Shown here piece by piece: positions 1 through 12,049 of a DNA stretch of 64,000 nt; positions within the stretch are counted from its first letter, which is position 1, and each line of letters begins with the position of its first letter. The translations under genes were made by a program, and so were the position numbers. The stretch comes from Anas platyrhynchos (lineage: Eukaryota). The notes under the pieces are model-generated. The model saw only the letters and a list, made by a program, of their open reading frames with translations. It had not been told where the DNA came from and did no database searches. Where the stretch lies: contig NC_092617.1 in the NCBI RefSeq assembly GCF_047663525.1, positions 5,575,550 to 5,639,549 on the forward strand. Reading direction: 5' to 3'.

Positions 1-420
1 GGATCCAGTGGGGTATTATGGGGGATCTGATGGGATCTGGTGGGATCCGAAGGGTTCTGGTGGGATCTGCTGGGATATTATGGGCGATCTGATGGGTTCC
101 GGTGGGATCTGGTGGGATATTATGGGGGATCTTGAGGAATCTGCTGGGATCCAGTGGGATCTGATGGGTTCGGGTGGGATCCGGTGGGATATTATGGGGG
201 GATCTGATGGGATCTGATGGGATCCGAAGGGTTATGGTGGGATCTGGTGGGATCTGGTGGGATCCTAAGGGTTCTGGTGGGATCTGCTGGGATGTTATGG
301 GGGATCTGATGGGATCTGCTGGGATCTGCTGGGATCTAGTGGGATATGATGGAGGCTCCGAGCAGTAGTGATGGGATCTGCTGGGATATCATGGGGGATC
401 TGGCGGGATCCAGTGGGATC
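1..420. repeat. Tandem satellite (TGGGATCTGRTGGGATCYG)n with units of about 11-12 bp
   Basis: Direct reading. It runs to within about 45 bp of the first exon's acceptor. Confidence 0.9.
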
Positions 421-468
421 GGGTGGTCCCCACGCCCCCCCCGGTGATCCCGTCCCCCTCTCTCCCAG

Positions 469-642
469 CCAATGGCGTTGCGTCCGCCTCTTCGTGTCGT
501 CGACCTTCCTGGATCTGGGGGCCGAGCGGGACGCCCTGGTGCGGGCGGCGCTGCCCCGGTTGCGGGCCCTGGCGGCCCCCCGGGGGTTGGGGGTCCAAGA
601 GGTCGACCTGCGCTGGGGGGTGGCCGCCCCCGACCCCCAGAG
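469..642 (+). CDS. NWD1: NWD1-like exon with the N-terminal DUF4062-like motif (..SQWRCVRLFVSSTFLDLGAERDALVRAALPRLRALAAPRGLGVQEVDLRWGVAAPDPQ). This is an internal exon and it has no start codon, so the upstream exon or exons lie outside the window
   Basis: Acceptor ctctcccag|CC at 467-468 and donor AG|GTCAGC at 643. The hhhSSTFxDhxxERDxL...VDLRWGV signature is typical of the NWD N-terminus. The exon ends in phase 2. Confidence 0.65.
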
Positions 643-722
643 GTCAGCCCAGGGGTCAAAAATGGGGTGGGGGGTGAGGGGGGTGGTGGGCACCCATGGG
701 TGCTCACCCCCCCACCCCGCAG

Positions 723-822
723 GAGGCAGGAGCTGTGCCTGGAGGAGGTGGCGCGCAGCGACGTGCTACTGGGAGTACTGGGGGAGCGCTACGGCCAGCG
801 GGGCGCCGGCGCGCCCCCCGCG
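723..822 (+). CDS. NWD1: NWD1-like exon (RRQELCLEEVARSDVLLGVLGERYGQRGAGAPPA)
   Basis: An 80-bp intron separates it from the previous exon. Acceptor ccaccccgcag|G and donor GCG|GTGAGA. It continues the frame of the previous exon (AG+G=Arg). The LGERYG motif is conserved in NWD proteins. Confidence 0.55.
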
Positions 823-842
823 GTGAGAGCCCCCCCTCGGGG

Positions 843-1590
843 GCACCCTTGGGTGCTCTTTGTCACCCCATTGGGTCCCCATTGACCCCATTGGGTCCCC
901 ATTGTCCCCATTATGTCCCCATTGGGTCCCCATTGACCCCATTGGGTCCCCAATGTCCCCATTGTCCCCATTATGTCCCCATTGGGTCCCCATTGACCCC
1001 ATTGGGTCCCCAATGTCCCCATTGTCCCCATTATGTCCCCATTGGGTCCCCATTGACCCCATTGGGTCCCCATTGTCCCCCTTGGGTCCCCAATGTCCCC
1101 ATTGACCCCATTGACCCCATTATGTCCCCATTGTCCCCATTATGTCCCCATTGTCCCCATTATGCCCCCATTGTCCCCATTGGGTCCCCATTGACCCCGT
1201 TGACCCCATTATGTCCCCATTGGGTCCCCATTGACCCCATTGTCCCCACTGGGTCCCCATTGACCCCATTATGTCCCCATTATGTCCCCATTATGTCCCC
1301 ATTATGTCCCCATTGTCCCCATTGGGTCCCCATTATGTCCCCATTGACCCCATTGACCCCATTGGGTCCCCATTGACCCCATTGACCCCATCAGGTCCCC
1401 ATTGTCCCCATTATGCCCCCATTGTCCCCATTATGTCCCCATTGACCCCATTGACTCCCCATTGTCCCCATTGTCCCCATTATGTCCCCATTGATCCCAT
1501 CAGGTCCCCATTACCCCCCCATTGCCTCCCCATTGCCCCCATTGCCCCCACCGACCCCAATTTCCCCCGATTTCTCCCCAATTCCCCTCT
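843..1590. repeat. C-rich microsatellite (CCCCATTGDS / CCCCATTATGT)n with units of 8-11 bp
   Basis: Direct reading. It fills the intron between the exons at 723 and 1595. Confidence 0.9.
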
Positions 1591-1594
1591 CCAG

Positions 1595-1713
1595 GGCCTG
1601 CCCCCCGGGCGCTCGGTGACGGAGCTGGAGCTGCGCACCTTCCTGCAGCGCTGGAGCCCCGCCCACGGCCCCGCCCCCGCCCTCATTTACATGCGAGACC
1701 CCGCCTTCCTCCG
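1595..1713 (+). CDS. NWD1: NWD1-like exon (GLPPGRSVTELELRTFLQRWSPAHGPAPALIYMRDPAFL-)
   Basis: Acceptor ttcccctctccag|GGC and donor CG|GTAGGG. RSVTE(L/M)E...ALIY(M/F)RDP.FL resembles mammalian NWD1. Phase 0 in and phase 2 out. Confidence 0.65.
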
Positions 1714-3060
1714 GTAGGGGCGGGGCCAGGGGGCGGGGCCACCAAAAGGGGGCGGGGCCACCACCCAAAGGGGCGTGGCCACCACCCAAAGGGGGCGTGG
1801 TCACTCAAAAGGGGCGTGGCCATAACCAAGGGGGCGTGGCCACCACCGAGGGGGCGTGGCCAACACCCAAAGGGGGCGGGGCCACCATCAGAAAGGGGAG
1901 GGGCTAAAACCGGGGGGCGTGGCCACTCAAAAGGGGGCGGGGCCACTGCTACAAAGGGGTGTGGCCACCAAAAGGGGGCGGGGCTACACTCTATGGGGGC
2001 GTGGCCACCACCCAAAGGGGGCGTGGTCACCAAAAGGGGGTGTGGCCACCACCCAAAGGGGCGTGGTCACCCAAAAGGGGGTGTGGTCACTCAAAAGGGG
2101 GCGTGGCCATAACCAAGGGGGTGTGGCCACCACCGAGGGGGCGTGGCCAACACCCAAAGGGGGCGGGGCCACCATCAGAAAGGGGAGGGGCTAAAACCGG
2201 GGGGCTTGGCCACCAAAAGGGGGAGGGGCCACCACTCAGGGGGTGTGGCCACCACCAAAAGGGGCGGAGCTACCACGTAGGGGGCGTGGCCACGGCCGAA
2301 AAGGGGCGTGGTCACCACCAAGGGGGTGTGGCCACCAGAAAGGGGGCGTGGCCACCAGAAAGGGGGCGTGGCCACAGATCAGAGGGGCGGGGCTACCACC
2401 AAGGGGGTGTGACCACCACATAGGGGGCGTGGCCACCACCCCAAAGGGGCGCGGTCATCCAAAAGGGGCGTGGTCACCACCCAAAAGGGGCGTGGTCACC
2501 CAAAAGGGGGCGTGGCCACCACCCAGGGGGCGTGGCCACCACCCAGGGGGCGTGGCCACCCCAAAAGGGGGCGTGGTCACCAACTAGAGGGGCGTGGCCA
2601 CCACCTAGGGGGTGTGGCCACCACCCAAAGGGGGTGTGGCCACCATCCAGGGGGCATGGCCACCACCTAAAGGGGGCGTGGCCACCATTTAGGGGGCGTG
2701 GCCACCACCCCAAAGGGGCGCTGTCATCCAAAAGGGGCGTGGTCACCACCCAAAAGGGGCGTGGCCACTCAAAAGGGGGCGTGGCCACCAACCAGAGGGG
2801 CGTGGCCACTACCCCAAAGGGGCATGGTCACCCCAAAGGGGGCGTGGTCACCATCTAGGGGGCGTGGCCACCAACCAATGGGGGCGTGGCTACCCAAAAG
2901 GGGGCGTGGCCACCTACTAGAGGGGCGTGGCCACCAACCAGGCGAGGAAGGAGAGGGGGCGTGGCTAATCCGGGGAAGGGGGCGTGGCCTGGAGGAGGGG
3001 GGCGTGGCCTGGAGGAGGGGGGCGTGGCCTGGAGGAGGGGGGCGTGGCCTGATCCAGCCA
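1714..3060. repeat. Satellite (GGGGCGTGGCCACCACCCAAAG)n with units of about 21-22 bp
   Basis: Direct reading. It starts at the exon donor at 1714. Confidence 0.9.
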
Positions 3061-3072
3061 ATGGGTGCGCAG

Positions 3073-3189
3073 GGAGGTGCCCGAGGAGCGGCGGGGCGAT
3101 TTCGGGGCGGAGTCGGCGGAGGCGGCGGCCATGATGGCGGCGCTGAAGGCGGAGCTTAAGGAGCACCCCGGGGTGGCGGCCGTCAGGAG
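3073..3189 (+). CDS. NWD1: NWD1-like exon (-R EVPEERRGDFGAESAEAAAMMAALKAELKEHPGVAAVR-)
   Basis: Acceptor gcgcag|G and donor AG|GTGACGTCATC. The donor is the first unit of a GTGACGTCATC satellite. Phase completes the CG| codon from the previous exon. The upstream satellite ends about 10 bp before the acceptor. Confidence 0.5.
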
Positions 3190-3302
3190 GTGACGTCATC
3201 GGGGGTGGTGACGTCATCAGGGGGGTGGTGATGTCATCAGGGGGGTGGTGACGTCATCAGGGGGGTGGTGACGTCATCAGGGGGTGGTGACGTCATCGGG
3301 GG
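3190..3302. repeat. Six units of GGTGACGTCATCAGGGG. Each unit carries a CRE-core palindrome TGACGTCA
   Basis: Direct reading. The first unit supplies the GT donor of the exon at 3073-3189. Confidence 0.9.
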
Positions 3303-6300
3303 GGTCCTAATGTCCTATGGGGTCCGCGGGGTCCTCGATGGCCCAATGGGGTCCCCAAGACCCTATGGGGTCCCCCGAGACCCTATGGGGTCCCCAGACC
3401 CTATGGGGGACCCCAAGACCCCATTGGGTCCCCAAGATCCCCTTAGACCCCATTGGGTCCCCCAAGCCCCCATTGGTTCCCCAAGACCCTATGGGGTCCC
3501 CAAGACCCTATAGGGGACCCCAAGACCCCATGGGGTCCCCAAGACCCTATAGGGTCCCCAACGTCCCCTTGTGCCCCCAAGACCCCATTGGGTTCCCCAA
3601 GCCCCCATTGGTCCCCCAAGACCCCATTGAGTCCCCCAAGCCCCCATTGGTCCCCCAAGACCCTATACGGGACCCCAAGACCCTATAGGGGACCCCAAGA
3701 CCCCATTGGGTCCCCAAGATCCCCTAAGACCCCCGTTGGTCCCCCAAGACCCTCTGGGGTCCCCAAGACCCTATAGGGGACCCCAAGACCCCATGGGGTC
3801 CCCAAGACCCTATAAGGGACCCCAAGACCCCATTGGGTCCCTAAGATCCCATATGACCCCATTGAGTCCCCCAAGCCCCCATTGGTCCCCCAAGACCCTC
3901 TGGGGTCCCCAAGACCCTATAGGGTCCCCAACGTCCCCTTGTGCCCCCAAGACCCCATTGAGTCCCCCAAGTCCCCATTGGTCCCCCAAGACCCTATAGG
4001 GGACCCCAAGACCCCATTGAGTCCCCCAAGACCCTATAGGGTCCCACAAGCCCCCATTGATCCCCCAAGCCCCTATGGGGTCCCCAAGACCCTATAGGGT
4101 CCCCCAAGACCCCATTGGGTTCCTCAACGTCCCATTGGGTTCCTCAAGACCCCATTGGTCCCCCAAGCCCCCATTGGTCCTCCAAGACCCCTTGAGGTCC
4201 CCAAGACCCCCTGGGGTCCCTAAGACCCTGTAGGGTCCCCCAAGACCCTATGGGGTCCCCAAGACCCTATAGGGTCCCCAACGTCCCCTTGTGCCCCCAA
4301 GACCCCATTAGGTTCCCCAAGCCCCCATTGGTTCTCCAAGACCCTATGGGGTCCCCCAAACCCCCATTGGTCCCCCAAGACCCCATTGGGTCCCCCAAGA
4401 CCCTATAGGGTTTCCCAAGACCTCGTTGTGTTTCCCAAGACCCCATTGAGTCCCCCAAGCCCCCATTGGTCCCCCCAAGACCCTATGGGGTCCCCAAGAC
4501 CCTATAGGGTCCCCAACGTCCCCTTGTGCCCCCAAGACCCCATTAGGTTCCCCAAGCCCCCATTGGTCCCCCAAGACCCCATTGAGTCCCCCAAGACCCT
4601 ATAGGGTCCCACAAGCTCCCATTGATCCCCCAAGACCCTATGGGGTCCCCAAGACCCTATAGGGTCCCCCAAGACCCTATAGGGTTCCTCGATGTCCCAT
4701 TGGCTTCCCCAAGACCCCATTGGTTCCCCAAGACCCCATTGAGTCCCCCAAGACCCTATAGGGTCCCACAAGCCCCCATTGGTCCCCCAAGACCCTATAG
4801 GGTTTCCCAAGACCTCGTTGTGTTTCCCAAGACCCCATTGAGTCCCCCAAGCCCCCATTGGTCCCCCAAGACCCTCTGGGGTCCCCAAGCCCCTTTGGAG
4901 TCCCCAACGTCCCCTTGTGCCCCCAAGACCCCATTGGGTTCCCCAAGCCCCCATTGGTCCCCCAAGACCCCATTGAGTCCCCCAAGACCCTATAGGGTCC
5001 CACAAGCCCCCATTGGTCCCCCAAGACCCTATGGGGTCCCCAAGACCCTATAGGGGACCCCAAGACCCCATTGACTTCCCCAAGACCCCATTGGTCCCCC
5101 AAGCCCCTCTGGGGTCCCCAAGACCCTATAGGGTCCCCAACGTCCCCTTGTGCCCCCAAGACCCCATTGGGTTCCCCAAGACCCCATTGGTCCCCAAAGA
5201 CCCCATTGAGTCCCCCAAGACCCTATAGGGTCCCACAAGCCCCCATTGATCCTCCAAGCCCCTATGGGGTCCCCAAGACCCTATAGGGTCCCCAACGTCC
5301 CCTTGTGCCCCCAAGACCCCATTGGGTTCCCCAAGCCCCCATTGGTCCCCCAAGACCCTATAGGGGACCCCAAGACCCCATTGACTTCCCCAAGACCCCA
5401 TTGGTCCCCCAAGACCCTATGGGGTCCCCAAGCCCCTTTGGGGTCCCCAATGTCCCCTTGTGTCCCCAAGACCCCATTGAGTCCCCCAAGTCCCCATTGG
5501 TCCCCCAAGACCCTATAGGGGACCCCAAGACCCCATTGACTTCCCCAAGCCCCCATTGGTCCCCCAAGACCCCATTGGTCCCCCAAGCCCCTCTGGGGTC
5601 CCCAAGACCCTTTGGGGTCCCCAATGTCCCCTCGTGTCCCCAAGCCCCCATTTGGTCCCCAAGCCCCCATTGGGTCCCCAAGACCCCGTTGGCTTCCCCA
5701 CGCCCCCATTGGTCCCCCAAGCCCCCATTGGTCCCCCAAGCCCCTCTGGGGTCCCCAAGCCCCTCTGGGGTCCCCAAGCCCCTTTGGGGTCCCCAATGTC
5801 CCCTTGTGCCCCCAAGACCCCATTGGGTTCCCCAAGCCCCCATTGGTCCCCCAAGACCCCATTGAGTCCCCCAAGACCCTATAGGGTCCCACAAGCTCCC
5901 ATTGATCCCCCAAGACCCTATGGGGTCCCCAAGACCCTATAGGGGACCCCAAGACCCCATTGACTTCCCCAAGACCCCATTGGTCCCCCAAGCCCCTCTG
6001 GGGTCCCCAAGACCCTTTGGGGTCCCCAACGTCCCCTTGTGCCCCCAAGACCCCATTAGGTTCCCCAAGACCCCATTGGTCCCCAAAGACCCCATTGAGT
6101 CCCCCAAGACCCTATAGGGTCCCACAAGCTCCCATTGATCCCCCAAGACCCTATGGGGTCCCCAATGTCCCCTTGTGCCCCCAAGACCCCATTGGGTCCC
6201 CCAAGACCCTATAGGGTTCCTCGATGTCCCATTGGCTTCCCCAAGACCCCATTGGTTCCCCAAGCCCCCATTGGTCCCCCAAGACCCTATGGGGTCCCCA

Positions 6301-8520
6301 AGACCCTATAGGGTCCCCAACGTCCCCTTGTGCCCCCAAGACCCCATTAGGTTCCCCAAGACCCCATTGGTCCCCCAAGACCCCATTGAGTCCCCCAAGA
6401 CCCTATAGGGGACCCCAAGACCCTATATGGTTCCCCAAGCCCCCATTGGTCCCCCTAGACCCTATGGGGTCCCCAAGACCCTATAGGGTCCCCAACGTCC
6501 CCTTGTGCCCCCAAGACCCCATTAGGTTCCCCAAGACCCCATTAGTCCCCAAAGACCCCATTGAGTCCCCCAAGACCCTATAGGGTCCCACAAGCTCCCA
6601 TTGGTCCCCCAAGACCCCCTGGGGTCCCCAAGCCGCTTTGGGGTCCCCAACATCCCCTTGGGTCCCCAAGACCGTATAGGGTTTCCCAAGACCCCATTGG
6701 TCCCCCAAGCCCCCATTGGTCCCCCAAGACCCTATACGGGACCCCAAGACCCTATAGGGGACCCCAAGACCCCATTGAGTCCCCAAGATCCCCTTAGACC
6801 CCATTGGTCCCCCAAGCCCCTCTGGGGTCCCCCAAGACCCTACGGGGTCCCCAAGACCCTATAGGGGACCCCAAGACCCCATGGGGTCCCCAAGACCCTA
6901 TAAGGGACCCCAAGACCCCATTGGGTCCCTAAGATCCCATATGACCCCATTGAGTCCCCCAAGCCCCCATTGGTCCCCCAAGACCCTACGGGGTCCCCAA
7001 GACCCTATAGGGTCCCCAACGTCCCCTTGTGCCCCCAAGACCCCATTGGGTTCCCCAAGCCCCCATTGGTCCCCCAAGACCCTATAGGGGACCCCAAGAC
7101 CCTATGGGGTCCCCAAGACCCCATTGGGTCCCCCAAGACCCCATTGGTCCCCCAAGCCCCTCTGGGGTCCCCAGGCCCCTTTGGGGTCCCCAATGTCCCC
7201 TTGTGTCCCCAAGACCCCATTGAGTTCCCCAAGACCCCATTGGTCCCCCAGGACCCTATGGGGTCCCCAAGCCGCTTTGGGGTCCCCAACATCCCCTTGG
7301 GTCCCCAAGACCCTATAGGGTTTCCCAAGACCCCATTGGCTTCCCCAAGCCCCCACTGACTTCCCAAGCCCCCATTGGTCCCCCAAGACCCTATAGGGTC
7401 CCCCAAGCCCCTATGGGGTCCCCAAGCCCCTTTGGGGTCCCCAATGTCCCCTCATGTCCCCAAGACCCCATTTGGTCCCCAAGACTCTATAGGGTCCCCC
7501 AAACCCCCATTGGTCCCCCAAGCCCCTCTGGGGTCCCCAAGACCCTTTGGGGTCCCCAACGTCCCCTTGTGCCCCCAAGACCCCATTAGGTTCCCCAAGA
7601 CCCCATTGGTCCCCAAAGACCCCATTGAGTCCCCCAAGACCCTATAGGGTCCCACAAGCCCCCATTGATCCCCCAAGACCCTATGGGGTCCCCAAGACCC
7701 TATAGGGGACCCCAAGACCCCATTGACTTCCCCAAGACCCCATTGGTCCCCCAAGACCCCATTGAGTCCCCCAAGCCCCCATTGGTCCCCCAAGACCCCA
7801 TTGCTCCCCCAAGCCCCTCTGGGGTCCCCAGGCCCCTTTGGGGTCCCCAACGCCCCCTTGTGTCCCCAAGACCCTATAGGGTCCCCCAAGACCCCATTGG
7901 GTTCCTCAACGTCCCATTGGGTTCCTCAAGACCCCATTGGTCCCCCAAGCCCCCATTGGTCCCCCAAGACCCCATTGAGTCCCCCAAGACCCTATAGGGT
8001 CCCACAAGCTCCCATTGATCCTCCAAGACCCTATGGGGTCCCCAAGACCCTATAGGGGACCCCAAGACCCCATTGACTTCCCCAAGACCCCATTGGTCCC
8101 CCAAGCCCCTCTGGGGTCCCCAAGACCCTTTGGGGTCCCCAACGCCCCCTTGTGTCCCCAAGACCCTATAGGGTCCCCCAAGACCCCATTGGGTTCCTCA
8201 ACGTCCCATTGGGTTCCTCAAGACCCCATTGGTCCCCCAAGCCCCCATTGGTCCTCCAAGACCCCTTGAGGTCCCCAAGACCCCCTGGGGTCCCTAAGAC
8301 CCTGTAGGGTCCCCCAAGACCTTATGGGGTCCCCAAGACCCTATGGGGTCCCCAACGTCCCCTTGTGCCCCCAAGACCCCATTGGGTCCCCCAAGACCCT
8401 GTAGGGTTCCTTGATGTCCCATTGGCTTCCCCAAGACCCCATTGGCTTCCCCAAGCCCCCATTGGTCCCCCAAGACCTTATAGGGTCCCCAAGCCCCTTT
8501 GGGGTCCCCAACGCCCCCCC
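3303..8520. repeat. 5.2-kb satellite family (GGKTCCCCAAGACCCYATAGG / CCCATTGGTCCCCCAAG)n with units of 18-22 bp
   Basis: Direct reading. Recurrent blocks on the ORF track (for example ..YRVPNVPLCPQDPI..) indicate a higher-order periodicity. Confidence 0.9.
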
Positions 8521-8537
8521 GTGTCCCCCCCTTATAG

Positions 8538-8640
8538 CTACGGGTGCCGCTGGGAGGCCGGGGAGGTGACGGGCCTGGAGGCCTTCGTGGACCAAGTGGT
8601 GGCCGACGTCTGGGCCCTGCTGCAGCGCCACTTCCTGCGG
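8538..8640 (+). CDS. NWD1: NWD1-like exon (-S YGCRWEAGEVTGLEAFVDQVVADVWALLQRHFLR)
   Basis: Acceptor cccccccttatag|C with a strong polypyrimidine tract and donor CGG|GTTTGT (weak). Phase matches the previous exon (AG+C). The ORF track frame 8365..8727 agrees. Confidence 0.5.
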
Positions 8641-8727
8641 GTTTGTGACGTCATCCCCTGCCCTATGACATCACTTCCTGCCGGTGGTGACGTCATCAGC
8701 GAGGCCCCGCCCCCTTTTTCCCCCTAG

Positions 8728-8889
8728 GGCCCCCCGCCCTCGCTGCAGGAGGCCTTCCTGGCCGCCAAGATGGCCGCCGCCAGCGCCCGCCAGCGCCTGG
8801 TGGCCGCCAGGGCGGCCGCCATCCAAGATGGCCGCCACAGCCGCCTGCTGGTCACCGGGGAGCCCGGCGACGGCCGCACCGTCTTCCTG
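8728..8889 (+). CDS. NWD1: NWD1-like NACHT exon with the P-loop region (GPPPSLQEAFLAAKMAAASARQRLVAARAAAIQDGRHSRLLVTGEPGDGRTVFL)
   Basis: An 87-bp intron precedes it. Acceptor tttttccccctag|G and donor CTG|GTGGGC. Phase 0/0. It has a Walker-A-like GxxGxG(R)T motif. Confidence 0.6.
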
Positions 8890-11262
8890 GTGGGCCCGCG
8901 ACCATATATGGGCAAAGGGGAGGGGCTTCTGGGGGGTGGGGGCCTTATATGGGCAAAGGGGAGGGGCTTCCAGGTGGGATATGGCTGGTCATGACCTTAT
9001 ATGGGTAAAGGGGAGGGGCTTCTAGGGGGGGATATGGGGGTGCTGGCCATATATGGGCAAAGGGGAGGGGCTTCCGGGGAATGGAAGTGGGACAATGACC
9101 ATATATGGGTAAAGGGGAGGGGCTTCTGGTGGGGTGGGGGCCTTATATGGGCAAAGGGGAGGGGCTTCTGGGGGGGTGGTGGCCTTATATGGGCAAAGGG
9201 GAGGGGCTTCCGGGGGGTGGTGGCCATATATGGGCAAAGGGGAGGGGCTTCTTGGGGGGGGTGGGGGCCTTATATGGGTAAAGGGGAGGGGCTTCTGGGG
9301 GTGGTGGCCTTATATGGGCAAAGGGGAGGGGCTTCTGGGGGGTGGTGGCCTTATATGGGCAAAGGGGAGGGGCTTCTGGGGGGGATATGGGGGGTGTTGG
9401 CCATATATGGGCAAAGGGGAGGGGCTTCCGGGGGGTGGTGGCCTTATATGGGCAAAGGGGAGGGGCTTCTGGGGGGTGGGGGCCTTATATGGGCAAAGGG
9501 GAGGGGCTTCTGGGGGGTGGTGGCCTTATATGGGCAAAGGGGAGGGGCTTCTGGGAGGGATATGGGGGGTGGTGGCCATATATGGGCAAAGGGGAGGGGC
9601 TACTGGGTGGGATATGGCTGGTCATGACCTTATATGGGCAAAGGGGAGGGGCTTCCGGGGGGGTTCTGGCCATATATGGGCAAAGGGGAGGGGCTTCCGG
9701 GGGGTGGTGGCCTTATATGGGCAAAGGGGAGGGGCTTCTGGGGGTGGGGGCCTTATATGGGCAAAGGGGAGGGGCTTCTGGGGGGAAATGGGGGGTGTTG
9801 GCCATATATGGGCAAAGGGGAGGGGCTTCCGGGGGGTGGTGGCCTTATATGGGCAAAGGGGAGGGGCTTCTGGGGGTGGTGGCCTTATATGGGCAAAGGG
9901 GAGGGGCTTCTGGGGGGTGGTGGCCTTATATGGGCAAAGGGGAGGGGCTTCTGGGGGGGGTTCTGGCCTTATATGGGCAAAGGGGAGGGGCTTCTGGGCT
10001 TGGTGACCTTATATGGGCAAAGGGGAGGGGCTTCTGGGGGTGGTGGCCTTATATGGGCAAAGGGGAGGGGCTTCTAGGGGGGGATATGGGGGGTGGTGGC
10101 CTTATATGGGCAAAGGGGAGGGGCTTCTGGGGATGGAAGTGGGACAATGACCATATATGGGCAAAGGGGAGGGGCTTCTGGGGGGTGGTGGCCTTATATG
10201 GGCAAAGGGGCGGGGCTTCTGGGGGTGGTGGCCATATATGGGCAAAGGGGAGGGGCTTCTGGGGGGTGGTGGCCTTATATGGGCAAAGGGGAGGGGCTTC
10301 TGGGGGGGTTTTGGCCATATATGGGCAAAGGGGAGGGGCTTCTGGGGGGTGGTGGCCATATATGGGCAAAGGGGAGGGGCTACTGGGTGGGATATGGCTG
10401 GTCATGACCTTATATGGGCAAAGGGGAGGGGCTTCCGGGGGGGTTCTGGCCATATATGGGCAAAGGGGAGGGGCTTCCGGGGGGTGGTGGCCTTATATGG
10501 GCAAAGGGGAGGGGCTTCTGGGGGGAAATGGGGGGTGTTGGCCATATATGGGCAAAGGGGAGGGGCTTCCGGGGGGTGGTGGCCTTATATGGGCAAAGGG
10601 GAGGGGCTTCTGGGGGTGGTGGCCTTATATGGGCAAAGGGGAGGGGCTTCTGGGGGGTGGTGGCCTTATATGGGCAAAGGGGAGGGGCTTCTGGGGGGGG
10701 TTCTGGCCTTATATGGGCAAAGGGGAGGGGCTTCTGGGCTTGGTGACCTTATATGGGCAAAGGGGAGGGGCTTCTGGGGGTGGTGGCCTTATATGGGCAA
10801 AGGGGAGGGGCTTCTAGGGGGGGATATGGGGGGTGGTGGCCTTATATGGGCAAAGGGGAGGGGCTTCTGGGGATGGAAGTGGGACAATGACCATATATGG
10901 GCAAAGGGGAGGGGCTTCTGGGGGGTGGTGGCCTTATATGGGCAAAGGGGCGGGGCTTCTGGGGGTGGTGGCCATATATGGGCAAAGGGGAGGGGCTTCT
11001 GGGGGGTGGTGGCCTTATATGGGCAAAGGGGAGGGGCTTCTGGGGGGGTTCTGGCCATATATGGGCAAAGGGGAGGGGCTTCTGGGGGGTGGTGGCCATA
11101 TATGGGCAAAGGGGAGGGGCTTCTGGGGGGTGGCGGCCTTATATGGGCAAAGGGGAGGGGCTTCTGGGGGGTGGGGGCCTTATATGGGCAAAGGGGAGGG
11201 GCTTCTGGGGGGTTCTGGCCATATATGGGCAAAGGGGCGGGGCTAACCCCTCCCCTCCCCTC
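8890..11262. repeat. About 57 units of a 40-bp satellite (GGCCTTATATGGGCAAAGGGGAGGGGCTTCTGGGGGGTGGT). Each unit has a CArG-box-like CC[AT]6GG core. Higher-order repeat of about 740-780 bp
   Basis: Direct reading. Identical ORF-track peptides appear 740 bp apart (10093.. versus 10833..). Confidence 0.9.
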
Positions 11263-11268
11263 CCATAG

Positions 11269-11495
11269 GCCTCATTGGTGGGCGCCCTGCGCCAGGCCCC
11301 GCCCCCTTCCCCCCGCAGGCCCCGCCCCCGCTGCGTGCCGGCCTATCACTTCGCGGGGGCGCGGCCCGACCAATCAGACGCCCGGGTGGCCCTGGCCCAC
11401 CTCTGCGCCCAATTGGCCGCCCTCCGAGGCCACGCCCCCCCGGGAGACCACGCCCACCCCGGAGGCCACGCCCCCCTGGAGGGCGCCACCTATGG
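11269..11495 (+). CDS. NWD1: NWD1-like NACHT exon (ASLVGALRQAPPPSPRRPRPRCVPAYHFAGARPDQSDARVALAHLCAQLAALRGHAPPGDHAHPGGHAPLEGATY-)
   Basis: Acceptor cccctcccctcccatag|G and donor GG|GTGAGG. It joins TVFL|ASLV in phase 0. The H-F-[AV]G-A-[SR]-P motif is typical after the NACHT P-loop. Confidence 0.55.
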
Positions 11496-11499
11496 GTGA

Positions 11500-11905
11500 G
11501 GCCCCGCCCCCTTTGCCCTTAGCCCCGCCCCCTTCGCATTTAGCCCCGCCCCCTCCCTTTTGGCCCCTCCCACCCCCATTTTGGCCCCGCCCACTCCCCC
11601 TTTAGCCCCGCCCCCTTCGTTTTTAGCCCCGCCCCCTCCCCTTTTGCCCCTCCCACCCCCATTTTGGCCCCGCCCACTCCCCTTTTGGCCCCGCCCCCTC
11701 CCCCTTTAGCCCCGCCCCCTTCGTTTTTAGCCCCGCCCCCTCCCCTTTAGCCCCACCCCCTCCCCTTTTAGCCCCGCCCCCTCCCATTTGGCCCCTCCCA
11801 CCCCCATTTGGCCCCGCCCCCCTCCCCTTTAGCCCCGCCCACTCCCCATTTGGCCCCTCCCACCCCCTTCTGGCCCCGCCCCCTCCCATTCTGGCCCCGC
11901 CCCCC
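11500..11905. repeat. (AGCCCCGCCCCCTYCCCTTTT)n, C-rich, with units of about 20-24 bp
   Basis: Direct reading. Confidence 0.85.
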
Positions 11906-11907
11906 AG

Positions 11908-12049
11908 GTCGCTGAGGCTCCGCCTCCTCTCGCTCCTGGCCACGCCCCCTCCCCGCGGGCTCCGCCTCGTCCTGGTGGTCGACGACGCGGGGGCGCTGCA
12001 CGAGGGGGGGGCCCCGCGACGCGATTGGCTGCCCGAAAAGCTGCCGCCG
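11908..12049 (+). CDS. NWD1: NWD1-like NACHT exon with Walker B (G SLRLRLLSLLATPPPRGLRLVLVVDDAGALHEGGAPRRDWLPEKLPP)
   Basis: Acceptor ccccccag|G and donor CCG|GTAAGG. It completes the GG| codon from the previous exon. The hhhhDD Walker-B-like LVLVVDDAG is present. Confidence 0.6.

Noticed and set aside
1-6. GGATCC at position 1 and recurring GAATTC sites as a sign of a cloning-vector junction
   Set aside because: GGATCC is part of the local satellite unit (TGGGATCCGAAGGG), and GAATTC is part of the 95-bp repeat subunit. No vector-like sequence is present
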